A stretch of 64,000 nucleotides of DNA from Gammaproteobacteria bacterium (GCA_030429735.1 JAUIET010000005.1:13905-77904); one strand, 5' to 3'; positions 1-10,272 are shown, counted from the first letter of the stretch. The notes: a model not told the origin generated them from the letters alone. A program made the numbers and translations.

Positions 1-311
1 TGGCCGTGTCGCAACGCACTGCAGAAATCGGCTTGATAAAGGCCCTGGGGGGCCAGCGTCGGCAAATCATCACGCTGTTTATGATGGAAGCGGCGATTTT
101 GAGTTTCATTGGGGCTGTTTTGGGTGTGCTATTGGGCGAAACCGCAATCTACCTGATGCGCGAACTGTATCCGGCGGTAGAATTTCACGCACCCCTATGG
201 GCAACTATGGCAGCCGTTGCACTGGCTGTTCTCTGTGGATTGCTGTTCGGTATCATGCCCGCCCGCCGGGCAGCGGCACTGGATCCTATTGAGGCCTTAG
301 CCAGCCACTAA
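1..311 (+). CDS. ABC transporter permease, FtsX/MacB-type, C-terminal fragment (5' end outside window)
   Basis: The frame is open from the window edge. The tail ...EIGLIKALGGQRRQI...LLFGIMPARRAAALDPIEAL matches the conserved last TM hairpin and C-terminus of FtsX-like permeases. Confidence 0.8.
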   Translation, partial: AVSQRTAEIGLIKALGGQRRQIITLFMMEAAILSFIGAVLGVLLGETAIYLMRELYPAVEFHAPLWATMAAVALAVLCGLLFGIMPARRAAALDPIEALASH

Positions 312-348
312 CAGACGGTCTGGCCAGCTGCCAGTAGGCTGACCAGGA

Positions 349-620
349 ATTAAGGAAGCTCTGAAAAATACCCAATGCCTCTGCGTGACCTGTAGCGTGC
401 CGTGGTGAGGCGCGTCGAGAAGGCCAAGGCTGGGTGTCCTTGGCGAGCGGCGCAACGAAGCCACGGTGCGCTACAGGCCGCGCCCTGCGGGGCTTACAGG
501 CGAATCCAGCCTTGTCGTTGCGAGTTCTTGACTTACCACCAGTAAGCCTGCGTACTCGCGCCTCAACTCTGGATTCGCCTGTAAGCCAGAGGCATCGGGT
601 ATTTTTCAGAGCTTCCTTAA
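349..620. repeat. Nested-palindrome MITE/REP-like element, copy 1 (full length, orientation A)
   Basis: About 33-bp terminal inverted repeats: ttaaggaaGCTCTGAAAAATACCCaATGCCTCTG ... CAGAGGCATCgGGTATTTTTCAGAGCttccttaa. It contains internal hairpin module A (389..477) and module B (19-bp arms at 491..509 and 569..587). Related copies lie at 11388..11680 and 22278..22457. Confidence 0.9.
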
Positions 621-679
621 GTAAACAGCGAGTGCAAATAACGTAAAATACGAGAATCTAATCATAAAGGACACCCCCA

Positions 680-2632
680 ATGCGTTTCGCAATTCTTGGT
701 TTTGTACTTTTTTTGACTGGTGGCGTTGCCACGGCCGCCGATTATTCGCCGCCTGTCGCCAATGATTACCCCACCAGGTTGCTGTGGGGCGATACCCACG
801 TTCACAGCTATTTATCACCTGACGCCTTTACCTTTGGTAATCGCAGCATCACTCCCGAACAGGCATTTCGTTTTGCGCGCGGCGAAACTGTCGTGTCACA
901 AGGTGGGTTAAAGGCAAAATTATCCAGGCCGTTGGATTTCCTGCTGGTGTCTGATCATTCAGAATATCTGGGCATTTTCCCCAAAGTGTTTGGTGGTTCG
1001 CAAGACATACTCGCAACACCGCTCGGACAACGTTGGGGGTCGTACTTAAAAGAGAACCAGGCAACCAAGGTGTTGATGGAGTTCGGCATACTGTCTATGG
1101 GTAGCGAGCATCTGGAACACACCCTAAGCCAGCTTGACGATTCCCTGAATCTTGACGCGGACGTGTTGCGCGACCCGGAGCAAACCTCAGTTCCGGAGTC
1201 TATAAAGCAATCGATCTGGAACAATGTGGGCGCTGTGGCGGACCAATTTAATCAGCCTGGCCGGTTCACCGCCTTTATCGGCTATGAGTGGACGTCTATG
1301 CCCGGCGGCAATAACCTCCATCGTAATGTGTTGTTCCGTGATTCTGCCGAGAAAACATCGCAACTGCTGCCGTTCTCATCCATTGATGGCGGCGACCCTG
1401 AACAACTATGGGAATACCTGGCCGCCTACGAAGAAAAAACCGGTGGTAAGGTATTAGCGATACCGCATAATAGTAATGTTAGCAATGGTTTGATGTTTGC
1501 GGAAACCACACTGGGTGGCGACCCTTTGAGCGCCGAGTATGCCCAGCGGCGCAGTCGCTGGGAGCCGGTAATTGAAGTCACGCAAATCAAAGGTGATAGT
1601 GAAGCGCATCCTTTCTTGTCACCGGATGACGAGTTTGCCGATTATGAAACCTGGGACAAAGCCAATCTGTCGTTTAACGCGGTTAAAGAGCAATCCATGC
1701 TAAAGCATGAGTATGCTCGGTCGGCGTTGAAAATTGGCTTGGCTCAAGAGGCTGAGATAGGAGAGAACCCGTTTAAGTTTGGCATGATCGGCAGCACTGA
1801 CTCGCACACCAGTCTGGCCACCGCGGATGAAGACAATTACTTCGGAAAAATGGCCAGTGCTGAGCCGGCAAAAGACCGGGCGTATAGATCGTTCTTTCCT
1901 CAGGCAGCGGCAGAAGACCAGATTCAGCAAGACCAGTGGGAAAGCGCTGCCTCAGGGTACGCAGCGGTGTGGGCTAAAGATAATACGCGTGAAGAAATAT
2001 TTGACGCGATGCAGCGCAGGGAAGTGTATGCAAGCACCGGCCCGCGCATGACCGTTCGTTTTTTTGCCGGTTGGAACTTTGTGGCGAACGATGTGCATCG
2101 TCCTGATCTTGCTTATCACGGCTATCGTAATGGCGTGCCGATGGGAGCCGACTTGCCTGCAAATGCAAGCGAAAATGCAGCGCCCACCTTCCTGCTGGCC
2201 GCACAGAAAGACCCCATGGGCGCTAACCTTGACCGCTTGCAAATTGTGAAAAGCTGGTTGGATGCCGAGGGCGAAACGCACGAACGCGTTATCAATGTTG
2301 CGGCCTCAGACGAACGCCCCATTTTAAACAACAAGGTCCGTCCAGTGGGAAATACGGTTGATACCAACACAGCAACGTATCTCAATACCATCGGTGATGC
2401 CGAGCTGGCGGTAGTGTGGACGGATACTGAGTTTGATCCGAACCAGTCTGCCGTGTATTACGCCCGTGTGATGGAGATTCCAACACCGCGATGGACACAC
2501 GTGGATGAAGTGTTCTTTAAATCACAAGCCCCGGAACAGGCGCCTAAATGGACCCAGGAGCGCGCGTATACCTCACCTATTTGGTACACGCCGCCATCAG
2601 ACCAGGCAGCAGAAAAAGGCGATGCGCAGTGA
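680..2632 (+). CDS. DUF3604 family secreted metal-dependent protein
   Basis: Signal peptide MRFAILGFVLFLTGGVATA. The N-terminal YPTRLLWGDTHVHSYLSPDAF...LSRPLDFLLVSDHSE pattern is typical of DUF3604 (PHP-like). AAAGGA SD upstream of the ATG. Confidence 0.75.
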   Translation: MRFAILGFVLFLTGGVATAADYSPPVANDYPTRLLWGDTHVHSYLSPDAFTFGNRSITPEQAFRFARGETVVSQGGLKAKLSRPLDFLLVSDHSEYLGIFPKVFGGSQDILATPLGQRWGSYLKENQATKVLMEFGILSMGSEHLEHTLSQLDDSLNLDADVLRDPEQTSVPESIKQSIWNNVGAVADQFNQPGRFTAFIGYEWTSMPGGNNLHRNVLFRDSAEKTSQLLPFSSIDGGDPEQLWEYLAAYEEKTGGKVLAIPHNSNVSNGLMFAETTLGGDPLSAEYAQRRSRWEPVIEVTQIKGDSEAHPFLSPDDEFADYETWDKANLSFNAVKEQSMLKHEYARSALKIGLAQEAEIGENPFKFGMIGSTDSHTSLATADEDNYFGKMASAEPAKDRAYRSFFPQAAAEDQIQQDQWESAASGYAAVWAKDNTREEIFDAMQRREVYASTGPRMTVRFFAGWNFVANDVHRPDLAYHGYRNGVPMGADLPANASENAAPTFLLAAQKDPMGANLDRLQIVKSWLDAEGETHERVINVAASDERPILNNKVRPVGNTVDTNTATYLNTIGDAELAVVWTDTEFDPNQSAVYYARVMEIPTPRWTHVDEVFFKSQAPEQAPKWTQERAYTSPIWYTPPSDQAAEKGDAQ

Positions 2633-3588
2633 GCTATAACTTTGATCCGGAATTTCGCGATTTAATAGCGCTGATTCCTGCGGCGGATTTCTCGGATGTG
2701 GAAGGTTCGCGCCAGGGCATAGAAGCAATGTTGGCTGACATCAATGAGGCAGTGGATACATCCGGTATTGATATTGAAGACCGAATGATACCCGGCCTTA
2801 ATGGAGCACCCGAACTGGCCATACGCATTTACCTGCCTAAACAGCGTCAAGGCACAACCGGAGCGCTGTTGTACATTCACGGGGGTGGATTTGTCGTCGG
2901 CAGTCTGGATTCAGAGCATGCCAGCGTGTGCAATTTCGCAAACGAATTGTGTGTGCCGATAGTGTCCGTTGATTATCGTCTGGCGCCGGAGGCAGGTTAC
3001 CCCGAGCCGGTGGATGACTGCTACGCGGCTTTACTGTGGTTGCATGCCAACACCGAGGAATTGAATGTTGACCCGGAGCGCATCGCGATCATTGGGTTGA
3101 GCGCGGGCGGCGGGCTAAGTGCGTCAACTGTGTTGCGTGCGAAATCTGAGGGCGGGCCCACAATATGTCACCAGTTTCTCGGCATTCCGGAACTTGATGA
3201 TCGGCTGCAAACCCCCAGCATGACTCAGTTTACCGACACGCCGCTCTGGAATCGTCCGAATGCTATTGTCAGCTGGGAATTCTATTTGAGCCCGCGTTAT
3301 GCGCCGGGCGCGGAGAATGTCCCCGTAGAAGCAGCGCCTGCGAGGGCGTGTGCTGACGATGTGAAAGGATTGCCGCCTGCGTTTATCTCGGCGATGGAGT
3401 TCGATCCCTTGCGCGATGAGGCAATACACTATGCCTTAACCCTGTTGGAAGCGGGTGTACCTGTAGAATTGCATGTTTATCCGGGAACCTTTCATGGCAG
3501 TTCCCTGTTCACCGAAGCGGCTGTCAGTCAACGGCAACAAAACGATTTGCTTGGCGCACTAAGTCGTGCGCTCAAAATACCCGCCTAA
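2629..3588 (+). CDS. Alpha/beta hydrolase, HSL/Aes-type esterase-lipase
   Basis: HGGGF oxyanion motif, GLSAGG nucleophile elbow, DPLRDE and GTFHG. Start placed at GTG 2629, overlapping the upstream TGA (GTGA); the longer ORF start at 2548 lies inside the preceding gene. Confidence 0.8.
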   Translation: MSYNFDPEFRDLIALIPAADFSDVEGSRQGIEAMLADINEAVDTSGIDIEDRMIPGLNGAPELAIRIYLPKQRQGTTGALLYIHGGGFVVGSLDSEHASVCNFANELCVPIVSVDYRLAPEAGYPEPVDDCYAALLWLHANTEELNVDPERIAIIGLSAGGGLSASTVLRAKSEGGPTICHQFLGIPELDDRLQTPSMTQFTDTPLWNRPNAIVSWEFYLSPRYAPGAENVPVEAAPARACADDVKGLPPAFISAMEFDPLRDEAIHYALTLLEAGVPVELHVYPGTFHGSSLFTEAAVSQRQQNDLLGALSRALKIPA

Positions 3589-3633
3589 TAATGAGGCTTG
3601 GCCTCGTAACGCGGCGGCTCAGAGTGGCAGCGA

Positions 3634-5658
3634 TTACTCAGCAACGCGACGGTAGAAATCATCGAATAACGGCGCCATGTATTGGCTGCCAAACGTTGAA
3701 ACGTGATCGTCATCTCGGTAGACGGCGCCACCCTCTCTAACAACCGGGCACAGGTTTTTATCTGCTTCGTTGACACCACACAGATACGGGGTGGGGTCAA
3801 GCAAGGTCAGCCTGTATTGTGGCTTCTCAGCCAGCGATCGAATAAACGCATTCACGCGTTTTTGCCGCTCGGTGTGGTCCTGAACGGATATGCCCAGCGT
3901 ATTGAGTTCATCACCCTGCCATTTCCGGCTGGCCAGGTAGCGTGGCGAGGTGTGCTCATCCTGGAGAGGCACTTGAAGCAGCAGAGTCACGTTCGCTGTC
4001 TTTGATAGCTCGGCAATCATACCTTCCAGGCCCTGTTCAAACGCGGCGCGAGCTTCAGCAGCCGGCGGCTTGCCTTTCGACAGCCAATTCTCCGGCCGCT
4101 TGCCGTTGGCATCCAGCGCACCAATCATTCGGTCTTCCGGATAAAATGCCCAGCGCCCCAGCAGCAGTACATTGTCAATGCTTTCCTTGCGGACCCGCTC
4201 AATGACAGCCCGGTTGAATGCATCACAGTTATGCAAATCGCCGGTGTCGTAGCGGTAAACGCCGAGCATGGGCGGGCAACCGTTGTAGCCCGCAAACAGA
4301 CCAGGAATGCCTTTTTGCGCGCTCAATTGATCGAGTAGAGGCATCATTGAGTTAGCGTGGCTGTCACCCACGGCCAGGAACGCAGGTTTGCTCTGCGAGT
4401 TGGTATCACCCAGCGTGCAGACTCGCTCGGGATTGAAATTCATGTAGTGCGGGTTTAAGCACTCGCCGCGCCGCTGATTGTAGTATTCATGCCCGCTGTA
4501 AATAGACAACACCTCAGGTTCGAAGCGGTTTGGAAAGCCGTTGCTCAGATGCCCGGCCAGGCCAATACCGATACAGATAACCGCGGCCACAAGGGCGGCA
4601 ACAAAAACTGATTTTCTTGTTTTGAAGACTTCACCGCGACGAATTGGCCCTTCCACGAAACGCCATGAAAAATAAGCCAACACAAAGCTGGCCGCCATGG
4701 CTGCCACGTTGAGCATCATGTTTTCTTCACCGGTGGTGTGATAGCGTACGAATACCAGTAAAGGCCAATGCCACAAGTACAGTGAGTACGACAGCAGCCC
4801 AACAAAAATAACCGGCTTAAGTGCCAGCAACTTGTAACACCAGGTTTTGTGCTCTGGCGATTGGCTGAAGATGATAAAGCCGGTGCCAATACAGGGTAGC
4901 AAGGCGCTGATACCTGGAAATCGCGTTTCCTTTGTATACACCAGACACGTGTAAATAATCATCACCAGACCGGACATGCTCAAGACTTCACGCAACCATC
5001 CCGGCGCACTGTTGCTCAGCCTGATGAAGACCAACAGGGCGCCAATGCTGAGCTCCCAGGCGCGTGCGGGAAGCAGAAAAAAGGCCGCTTCCGGCGCACT
5101 TTTCACCATCTGGTGGCTGAGTAACAGGGAAATGATCGCCAGCCCGCCAATCACCAATACTCTGAATCGGGCGCGGCCACCGGCCAGGGCCATCATCAGA
5201 AAGGGAAACAGCAGGTAAAACTGCTCTTCGATCGCCAGTGACCAGGTATGCAGTAAGGGTTTTAATTCGCCAGGTCCGGCAAAATAACCGGCCTCGGTAA
5301 AAAACAAAAAGTTTGACGCAAAGACAGTGATCGCAAACAGCGACTCGCTAAAGTCTTTGTAATCGTCCGGGAACAGCAACCACCAGCTGCCGATCAGCGC
5401 GAACAATGCCACTACCATTAGCGGTGGAATAATTCGGCGCACGCGCCTTTCCCAGAAGTCGATAAGGCTGAACGAACCTTTGTCTACTTTGCTGACAATA
5501 ATGGAGGTGATCAGATAGCCGCTGATCACAAAAAATACATCTACGCCAACATAACCGCCTGAAATGCTGCTCACGCCGCCGTGAAACAGCAACACGGCCA
5601 TAACGGCAACCGCCCGAAGTCCGTCGATGTCAGGCCGATAGGTAAAAGGGTGGGACAT
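3634..5658 (-). CDS. Acyltransferase-3 family membrane O-acyltransferase with C-terminal SGNH-like domain (OafA/OatA architecture)
   Basis: N-terminus RPDIDGLRAVAVMAVLLFHG followed by about 10 hydrophobic segments. The C-terminal soluble domain carries AVGDSHANS. Confidence 0.8.
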   Translation of the reverse strand: MSHPFTYRPDIDGLRAVAVMAVLLFHGGVSSISGGYVGVDVFFVISGYLITSIIVSKVDKGSFSLIDFWERRVRRIIPPLMVVALFALIGSWWLLFPDDYKDFSESLFAITVFASNFLFFTEAGYFAGPGELKPLLHTWSLAIEEQFYLLFPFLMMALAGGRARFRVLVIGGLAIISLLLSHQMVKSAPEAAFFLLPARAWELSIGALLVFIRLSNSAPGWLREVLSMSGLVMIIYTCLVYTKETRFPGISALLPCIGTGFIIFSQSPEHKTWCYKLLALKPVIFVGLLSYSLYLWHWPLLVFVRYHTTGEENMMLNVAAMAASFVLAYFSWRFVEGPIRRGEVFKTRKSVFVAALVAAVICIGIGLAGHLSNGFPNRFEPEVLSIYSGHEYYNQRRGECLNPHYMNFNPERVCTLGDTNSQSKPAFLAVGDSHANSMMPLLDQLSAQKGIPGLFAGYNGCPPMLGVYRYDTGDLHNCDAFNRAVIERVRKESIDNVLLLGRWAFYPEDRMIGALDANGKRPENWLSKGKPPAAEARAAFEQGLEGMIAELSKTANVTLLLQVPLQDEHTSPRYLASRKWQGDELNTLGISVQDHTERQKRVNAFIRSLAEKPQYRLTLLDPTPYLCGVNEADKNLCPVVREGGAVYRDDDHVSTFGSQYMAPLFDDFYRRVAE

Positions 5659-5886
5659 TGCTGGGAAACAACTCCTTTGCGAGAGACAGGAACTTCTACA
5701 TAAACCCTAGCTGAAAACCCTTGTATCGTGAAACCCGATTGGCTCGCAAGTGTAAGTTTATGAACATTTTTTTCTGTTCCCCCGGTAATTCCTCAGCAGC
5801 GGTGCACTATTTGATCGCTCAGCACACAAACACATATAACTCTGTATAATCGCTCGCCGTTGTTGCCATCGCTTTCACCCAGCTCC

Positions 5887-7461
5887 ATGACCGACCACTA
5901 CACAGATCGTCGTACGTTCGCGATAATTTCGCATCCGGACGCCGGTAAAACGACCATCACTGAAAAACTATTGTTGTTCGGCAACGTTATACAGCAAGCC
6001 GGCACGGTCAAAGGGCGCAAATCTGACCGGCACGCCACCTCAGACTGGATGAGCATGGAGCAGGAGCGGGGTATTTCCGTAACTTCGTCTGTGATGCAAT
6101 TTCCGTACAAAGGTCGAACAGTCAACTTGCTGGATACGCCTGGCCACGAAGACTTCTCCGAGGATACCTATCGCACTCTCACGGCCGTGGATTCCGCGCT
6201 AATGGTGGTGGATGGTGCAAAAGGTGTGGAGGCGCGCACCATTAAGTTGATGGAGGTGTGCCGATTGCGCACCACGCCCATACTCAGCTTTGTTAACAAA
6301 ATGGATCGCGATATTCGCGACCCAATTGAATTGTTAGATGAAATTGAAACGATATTGAATATCGCAGCGGCACCCATCAACTGGCCACTGGACATGGGGC
6401 GGCAATTCAAGGGCGTGTATAACCTGTACACCGACACCATTCACGTGTTTCAGCAGGGTCAAGGCAAAACAATCCCTGAGGATGTACAAATACAGGGCCT
6501 GGAAAGCGATGAGGCCAAGGCTCTCCTTGGCAGCATTTATGACGATGTGTTGGGCGAAATAGAGCTGGTACGCGGTGCCAGTCATGAATTTGACCGCGAC
6601 GCCTACCTTGCGGGTGATCTCACACCGGTTTATTTTGGCACGGCTTTGGGCAATTTCGGTGTGCGAGAAATGCTCGACGGTTTTGTTGAATACGCGCCGA
6701 TCCCGCAGCAGCGTAATGCCGGCGACCGCGACGTGCAGCCCGGCGACGATTTCTTTTCGGGCTTCGTTTTCAAAATTCAGGCGAATATGGACCCAAAGCA
6801 TCGCGATCGAATTGCATTCATGCGGCTGGTATCTGGCAGCTATCAGCGCGGCATGAAAATGCGCCATGTTCGCATTGGCAAAGACATACGCATAGCCGAC
6901 GCCGTGACATTCACCGCAGGCGAGCGTTCGCATGTGGAGGAAGCATTGGCGGGCGATATTATTGGCTTGCACAATCACGGTACCATTCAAATTGGGGACA
7001 CGTTCACCAGTGGTGAAGAGCTGCAGTTCACTGGCATTCCACATTTTGCGCCGGAGTTATTTCGCCGAATTCGGATGAAAGATCCCTTGAAAACCAAACA
7101 GCTGCAGAAAGGCCTGCAGCAGTTGTCGGAAGAAGGGTCTACTCAGGTGTTTATGCCCGAACGCAACAATGACCTGATTGTGGGCGCGGTGGGCGTGTTG
7201 CAATTTGAGGTGGTGGCTTACCGCTTGAAAGACGAATACGGCGTGGATTGCTTGTACGAAAACATCAACGTCTACACCGCCCGCTGGATTGAATGTGACG
7301 ACACCAAAATGCTGGATGAATTCAAGCGCAAAAACGCTGACAACATTGCCATAGACGGCGGCGGGCACCTGACCTATCTGGCACCCACCCGGGTAAATCT
7401 GAGCCTTGCCGAGGAACGCTGGCCTGAGGTCACGTTCCGGGCTACCCGGGAGCATCATTAG
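5887..7461 (+). CDS. prfC: Peptide chain release factor 3
   Basis: GTPase motifs [20 protein letters not shown] and NKMD, with full-length RF3-like sequence. ATG 5887 is preferred over the upstream alternative start at 5860. Confidence 0.93.
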   Translation: MTDHYTDRRTFAIISHPDAGKTTITEKLLLFGNVIQQAGTVKGRKSDRHATSDWMSMEQERGISVTSSVMQFPYKGRTVNLLDTPGHEDFSEDTYRTLTAVDSALMVVDGAKGVEARTIKLMEVCRLRTTPILSFVNKMDRDIRDPIELLDEIETILNIAAAPINWPLDMGRQFKGVYNLYTDTIHVFQQGQGKTIPEDVQIQGLESDEAKALLGSIYDDVLGEIELVRGASHEFDRDAYLAGDLTPVYFGTALGNFGVREMLDGFVEYAPIPQQRNAGDRDVQPGDDFFSGFVFKIQANMDPKHRDRIAFMRLVSGSYQRGMKMRHVRIGKDIRIADAVTFTAGERSHVEEALAGDIIGLHNHGTIQIGDTFTSGEELQFTGIPHFAPELFRRIRMKDPLKTKQLQKGLQQLSEEGSTQVFMPERNNDLIVGAVGVLQFEVVAYRLKDEYGVDCLYENINVYTARWIECDDTKMLDEFKRKNADNIAIDGGGHLTYLAPTRVNLSLAEERWPEVTFRATREHH

Positions 7462-7556
7462 GCTTGTCGTAGATCACCGAACCCAGACCTTCAGCATTGC
7501 CTGAGACCGCCCTTGCACCTATCATGGTTGCATCTTTGATCACTTGGGGCTGATTC

Positions 7557-8792
7557 ATGTCGCAAAATGTTTACATTCTAGGGGGCGCTCAAACCGATTT
7601 TTCCAGAAACTGGGCCCGCGAAGGTCTGGATTTGTTCGACATGTTCAGCGAGTGTCTGACCGATGCCGTGAGCAGTGCTGGTGTGCAGCCAGAACAGATC
7701 GAGGTAGGCCATGTCGGCACGTTCAATGCGCAGCTGTTCACCGGGCAGGGCATATTGGGTGGCCTGTTTGCCCACGTATTCCCCGAAATGCGAATGATGC
7801 CAAGCTCCTGCCATGAAGCCGCCTGCGCGTCGGGTTCAATGGCCCTGCTGGCCGCCATGCGCGACATACTGTGCGGCCACTATCAGACCTCGGCGGTGAT
7901 CGGTATCGAAATGATGCGGAACACCGACGGCAAAACGGCCGCCGAATACCTGGGCGCGGCCACCTGGAAAGGCATTGAAGCGCAAGACGCTGACTATCCC
8001 TGGCCGCATATGTTCGATTTGATCGTTGATGAGTACGATCGTCGCTACGGTATTAACTGTGACCACCTGAAAACCATTGGCAAAACCAATTTTAATAATG
8101 GCCGCGAAAACCCGAACGCGCAGACGCGCAAATGGGACTTTCCGGAAGGCTGTTTTTCCGACAACGACCAACTCAATCCGGTGATCGAAGGGCGAGTTCG
8201 CAAGCTGGACTGCGGTCAGGTGACGGATGGCGCGGCGGCAGTCGTGCTGGCAAGCGAAGACTTTGCCCGCCAGTACGCGGCAGATAGAGGGCTAACACTG
8301 AGCGATATTCCCAGAATCAAAGGCTGGGGGCATCGGTGCGGACCATTGCTGCTGGACCGAAAGCTGGAACTGAGTAAGGACGAGCCACTGATTTTCCCGC
8401 ACGCAGCATTGTGTGGGCTGGAAGCGGTTCAGCGTGCCGGCTTCGAGAAGGTCAGCGATCTGGACGGCCTGGAAACGCATGATTGTTTCTCAATCACCGA
8501 ATACATGGCCATTGACCATCTGGGCTTAACCGCACCGGGCCAAAGTTGGCAAGCAGTGGAAGAGGGCGTTATACAGAAAGACGGCAGCTTCCCGATCAAC
8601 CCCAGTGGTGGATTGATCGGCCTCGGCCACCCGGTGGGTGCCACCGGCGTGCGCATGCTGCTCGATTGCTACAAGCAATGCACTGGCACCGCCGGCGGGT
8701 ACCAGCTTGAAGACGTACAAAACATGCTGACGTTTAACGTGGGCGGCAGCACAACTACCTGCGCCAGCTTCGTGGTGGGTACTGGTCAATGA
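7557..8792 (+). CDS. Thiolase-like protein (acetyl-CoA acetyltransferase / SCP-x lipid-transfer type)
   Basis: MSQNVYILGGAQTDFSRNW N-terminus, active-site Cys context HEAACASGS, and C-terminal GLGHPVGATG. Confidence 0.75.
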   Translation: MSQNVYILGGAQTDFSRNWAREGLDLFDMFSECLTDAVSSAGVQPEQIEVGHVGTFNAQLFTGQGILGGLFAHVFPEMRMMPSSCHEAACASGSMALLAAMRDILCGHYQTSAVIGIEMMRNTDGKTAAEYLGAATWKGIEAQDADYPWPHMFDLIVDEYDRRYGINCDHLKTIGKTNFNNGRENPNAQTRKWDFPEGCFSDNDQLNPVIEGRVRKLDCGQVTDGAAAVVLASEDFARQYAADRGLTLSDIPRIKGWGHRCGPLLLDRKLELSKDEPLIFPHAALCGLEAVQRAGFEKVSDLDGLETHDCFSITEYMAIDHLGLTAPGQSWQAVEEGVIQKDGSFPINPSGGLIGLGHPVGATGVRMLLDCYKQCTGTAGGYQLEDVQNMLTFNVGGSTTTCASFVVGTGQ

Positions 8793-8808
8793 CGCAAACA
8801 GACACTAG

Positions 8809-9744
8809 ATGAGTGAGCCATTGTTACCCTATAAGCTGGGTTGCCCGATGTGGGGCAATCGGCATTGGGCTGAGCGTTTTTTCGCGCAAGGCGCGAAAGT
8901 GTCTGACTACCTGCTGCAGTACAGTTCTGTGTTCAATACCGTCGAAGGTAACACCACATTTTACGGTTTGCCATCACCCGCAACGGTGGACCGCTGGGCG
9001 CAAGATGCGGATGATCACTTCCGGTTTTGTTTTAAATTTCCACAGCGCATAACGCACGCGCAACGGCTGCAGGGCTCTGAGGAAGAAACCGCCAAGTTTT
9101 TCTCAAGCATGGAGCCGATTGCTGACAAGCTTGGTCCATTCCTGCTCCAGCTGCCGCCCGATTTTTCGCCCGAGTCCCTGCCCGTTCTGAAAGCCTATCT
9201 GCAACAGTTACCGGAACACTATTCGTATGCGGTGGAAGTACGCCACCTTGGCTTTTTTCATGACCATGATGCGGATGATGCGCTCAGCGAGCTGTTACAG
9301 GGTAATGGTATAGACCGGGTAATATTTGATACACGCCCACTGTTTTCTGCGCGCGCTCAAACCGAGGCGGTGCGAGATGCCCAGGGCAAGAAGCCCAAAG
9401 TGCCGGCAAATACCTACGCGTTGGCACAACATCCAAGTCTTCGATTTATTGGGCACCCGGAAATGGAACGCAGCCTGGAGTATTTTCGCCCCTGGTTGCG
9501 AAAGGTGGCAGGCTGGATTGAACAAGGAAAAACACCCTACGTGTTTATCCATACGCCGGATAACGCAGACGCGCCGGAGCTGGCTCGGCTGTTTCATGCG
9601 GGCTTGCAAGAGTTCCTGCCAGCGCTTCCTGCCTTACCCGGTTTTCCCGCGGAGCGTCAGCAGCAAAGTGAGCGTGATTTGCGCAAGCGCAATCGGCAAA
9701 TTATGCGGGCGGATGTTGATGAGCACCAGTACGACCTTTTTTGA
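8809..9744 (+). CDS. yecE: DUF72 family protein (YecE-like)
   Basis: VEGNTTFYGLPSP, DDHFRFCFKFPQRITH, AVEVRH, AVRDAQGKKPKVP and YVFIHTPDNADAPEL are collinear with E. coli YecE as I recall it. Confidence 0.8.
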   Translation: MSEPLLPYKLGCPMWGNRHWAERFFAQGAKVSDYLLQYSSVFNTVEGNTTFYGLPSPATVDRWAQDADDHFRFCFKFPQRITHAQRLQGSEEETAKFFSSMEPIADKLGPFLLQLPPDFSPESLPVLKAYLQQLPEHYSYAVEVRHLGFFHDHDADDALSELLQGNGIDRVIFDTRPLFSARAQTEAVRDAQGKKPKVPANTYALAQHPSLRFIGHPEMERSLEYFRPWLRKVAGWIEQGKTPYVFIHTPDNADAPELARLFHAGLQEFLPALPALPGFPAERQQQSERDLRKRNRQIMRADVDEHQYDLF

Positions 9745-9769
9745 CATTAGCTGCACACCCTGTTGATCG

Positions 9770-10234
9770 ATGGAGAACACCATGAACACCCGTATAGTTA
9801 GAGCAAGTATTGCGCTGATGTCGTTGTTTATTACACCAACGCTGATGGCTGAAGAAGCACCCGCAATCACGCTTGGTAACGGTGAGAAAAACTGGATTAT
9901 TGTTGATGATGTAAAGCGCAATGAGTCTGTGTTGACCTTCTCTGAAGTGCATATCGATGGAAACGGCTGGTTGGTCATACATCCGTTCGAAGATGGTAAA
10001 CCCAACGGTGATAAATACGTGGCATCAAGCTACCTGACAGATGGCAAAAACAGCAATGTTGATATTGAGGTGTACAAAGGCTTGAGCAGTGGCGAAATGT
10101 TTATTGTGATGCTGCACCGCGATGTCAATGAAAACAAGGTACTGGATTTTGTCTTTATTAATGATACCGCGGTGATGGATACGGCTGTGTTTGAAGGCAA
10201 CAAAATGATTGCCCACGCAATTCCTGCGCCCTGA
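9770..10234 (+). CDS. Small secreted protein, possibly DUF7282-like
   Basis: Signal peptide ...ALMSLFITPTLMA. The GWLVIHPFEDGKPNG...MFIVMLHRDVNENKVLDF pattern suggests the family. The second ATG at 9782 has a better GGAGA SD. Confidence 0.5.
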   Translation: MENTMNTRIVRASIALMSLFITPTLMAEEAPAITLGNGEKNWIIVDDVKRNESVLTFSEVHIDGNGWLVIHPFEDGKPNGDKYVASSYLTDGKNSNVDIEVYKGLSSGEMFIVMLHRDVNENKVLDFVFINDTAVMDTAVFEGNKMIAHAIPAP

Positions 10235-10272
10235 CCCCTGGCTGTGCACTGTAGTGCCCCGATTAAGGAATA

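Noticed and set aside
434-646. ORFs of 70-102 aa inside the three repeat copies (434..646 +, 11350..11628 -, 22184..22492 +). They share a conserved peptide: ...CATGRALRGLQANPAxSLRVxDxxPVxLxTRASxLxSPVSQRHRVFFRA.
   Set aside because: The similarity follows directly from DNA conservation of a palindromic element. The ORFs have no common start (copy 3 lacks the region containing the start used in copies 1 and 2, and its ORF begins inside the upstream gene). They have no SD and are Arg/Ser/Leu-rich, as expected from GC-rich hairpin DNA. The compensatory stem change argues for structural rather than coding constraint.
2548-2628. N-terminal 27-codon extension of the esterase ORF (start 2548).
   Set aside because: It lies entirely within the 3' end of the DUF3604 gene in another frame. 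Family proteins begin near the GTG at 2629.
6334-7044. Long antisense or alternative-frame ORFs inside well-supported genes. Examples: 6334..7044 and 7057..7458 in prfC, 16908..17399 opposite the OsmC-like gene, 37435..38022 in the CE4 gene, 41233..41814 in the NRAMP gene, 12687..13097 in phoD, 9326..9766 in yecE, and 44739..45278 in the Ldt gene.
   Set aside because: They overlap genes with strong family motifs, show biased low-complexity composition (R/S/A/C-rich), and have no recognisable domains. They are typical shadow ORFs of GC-rich coding DNA.
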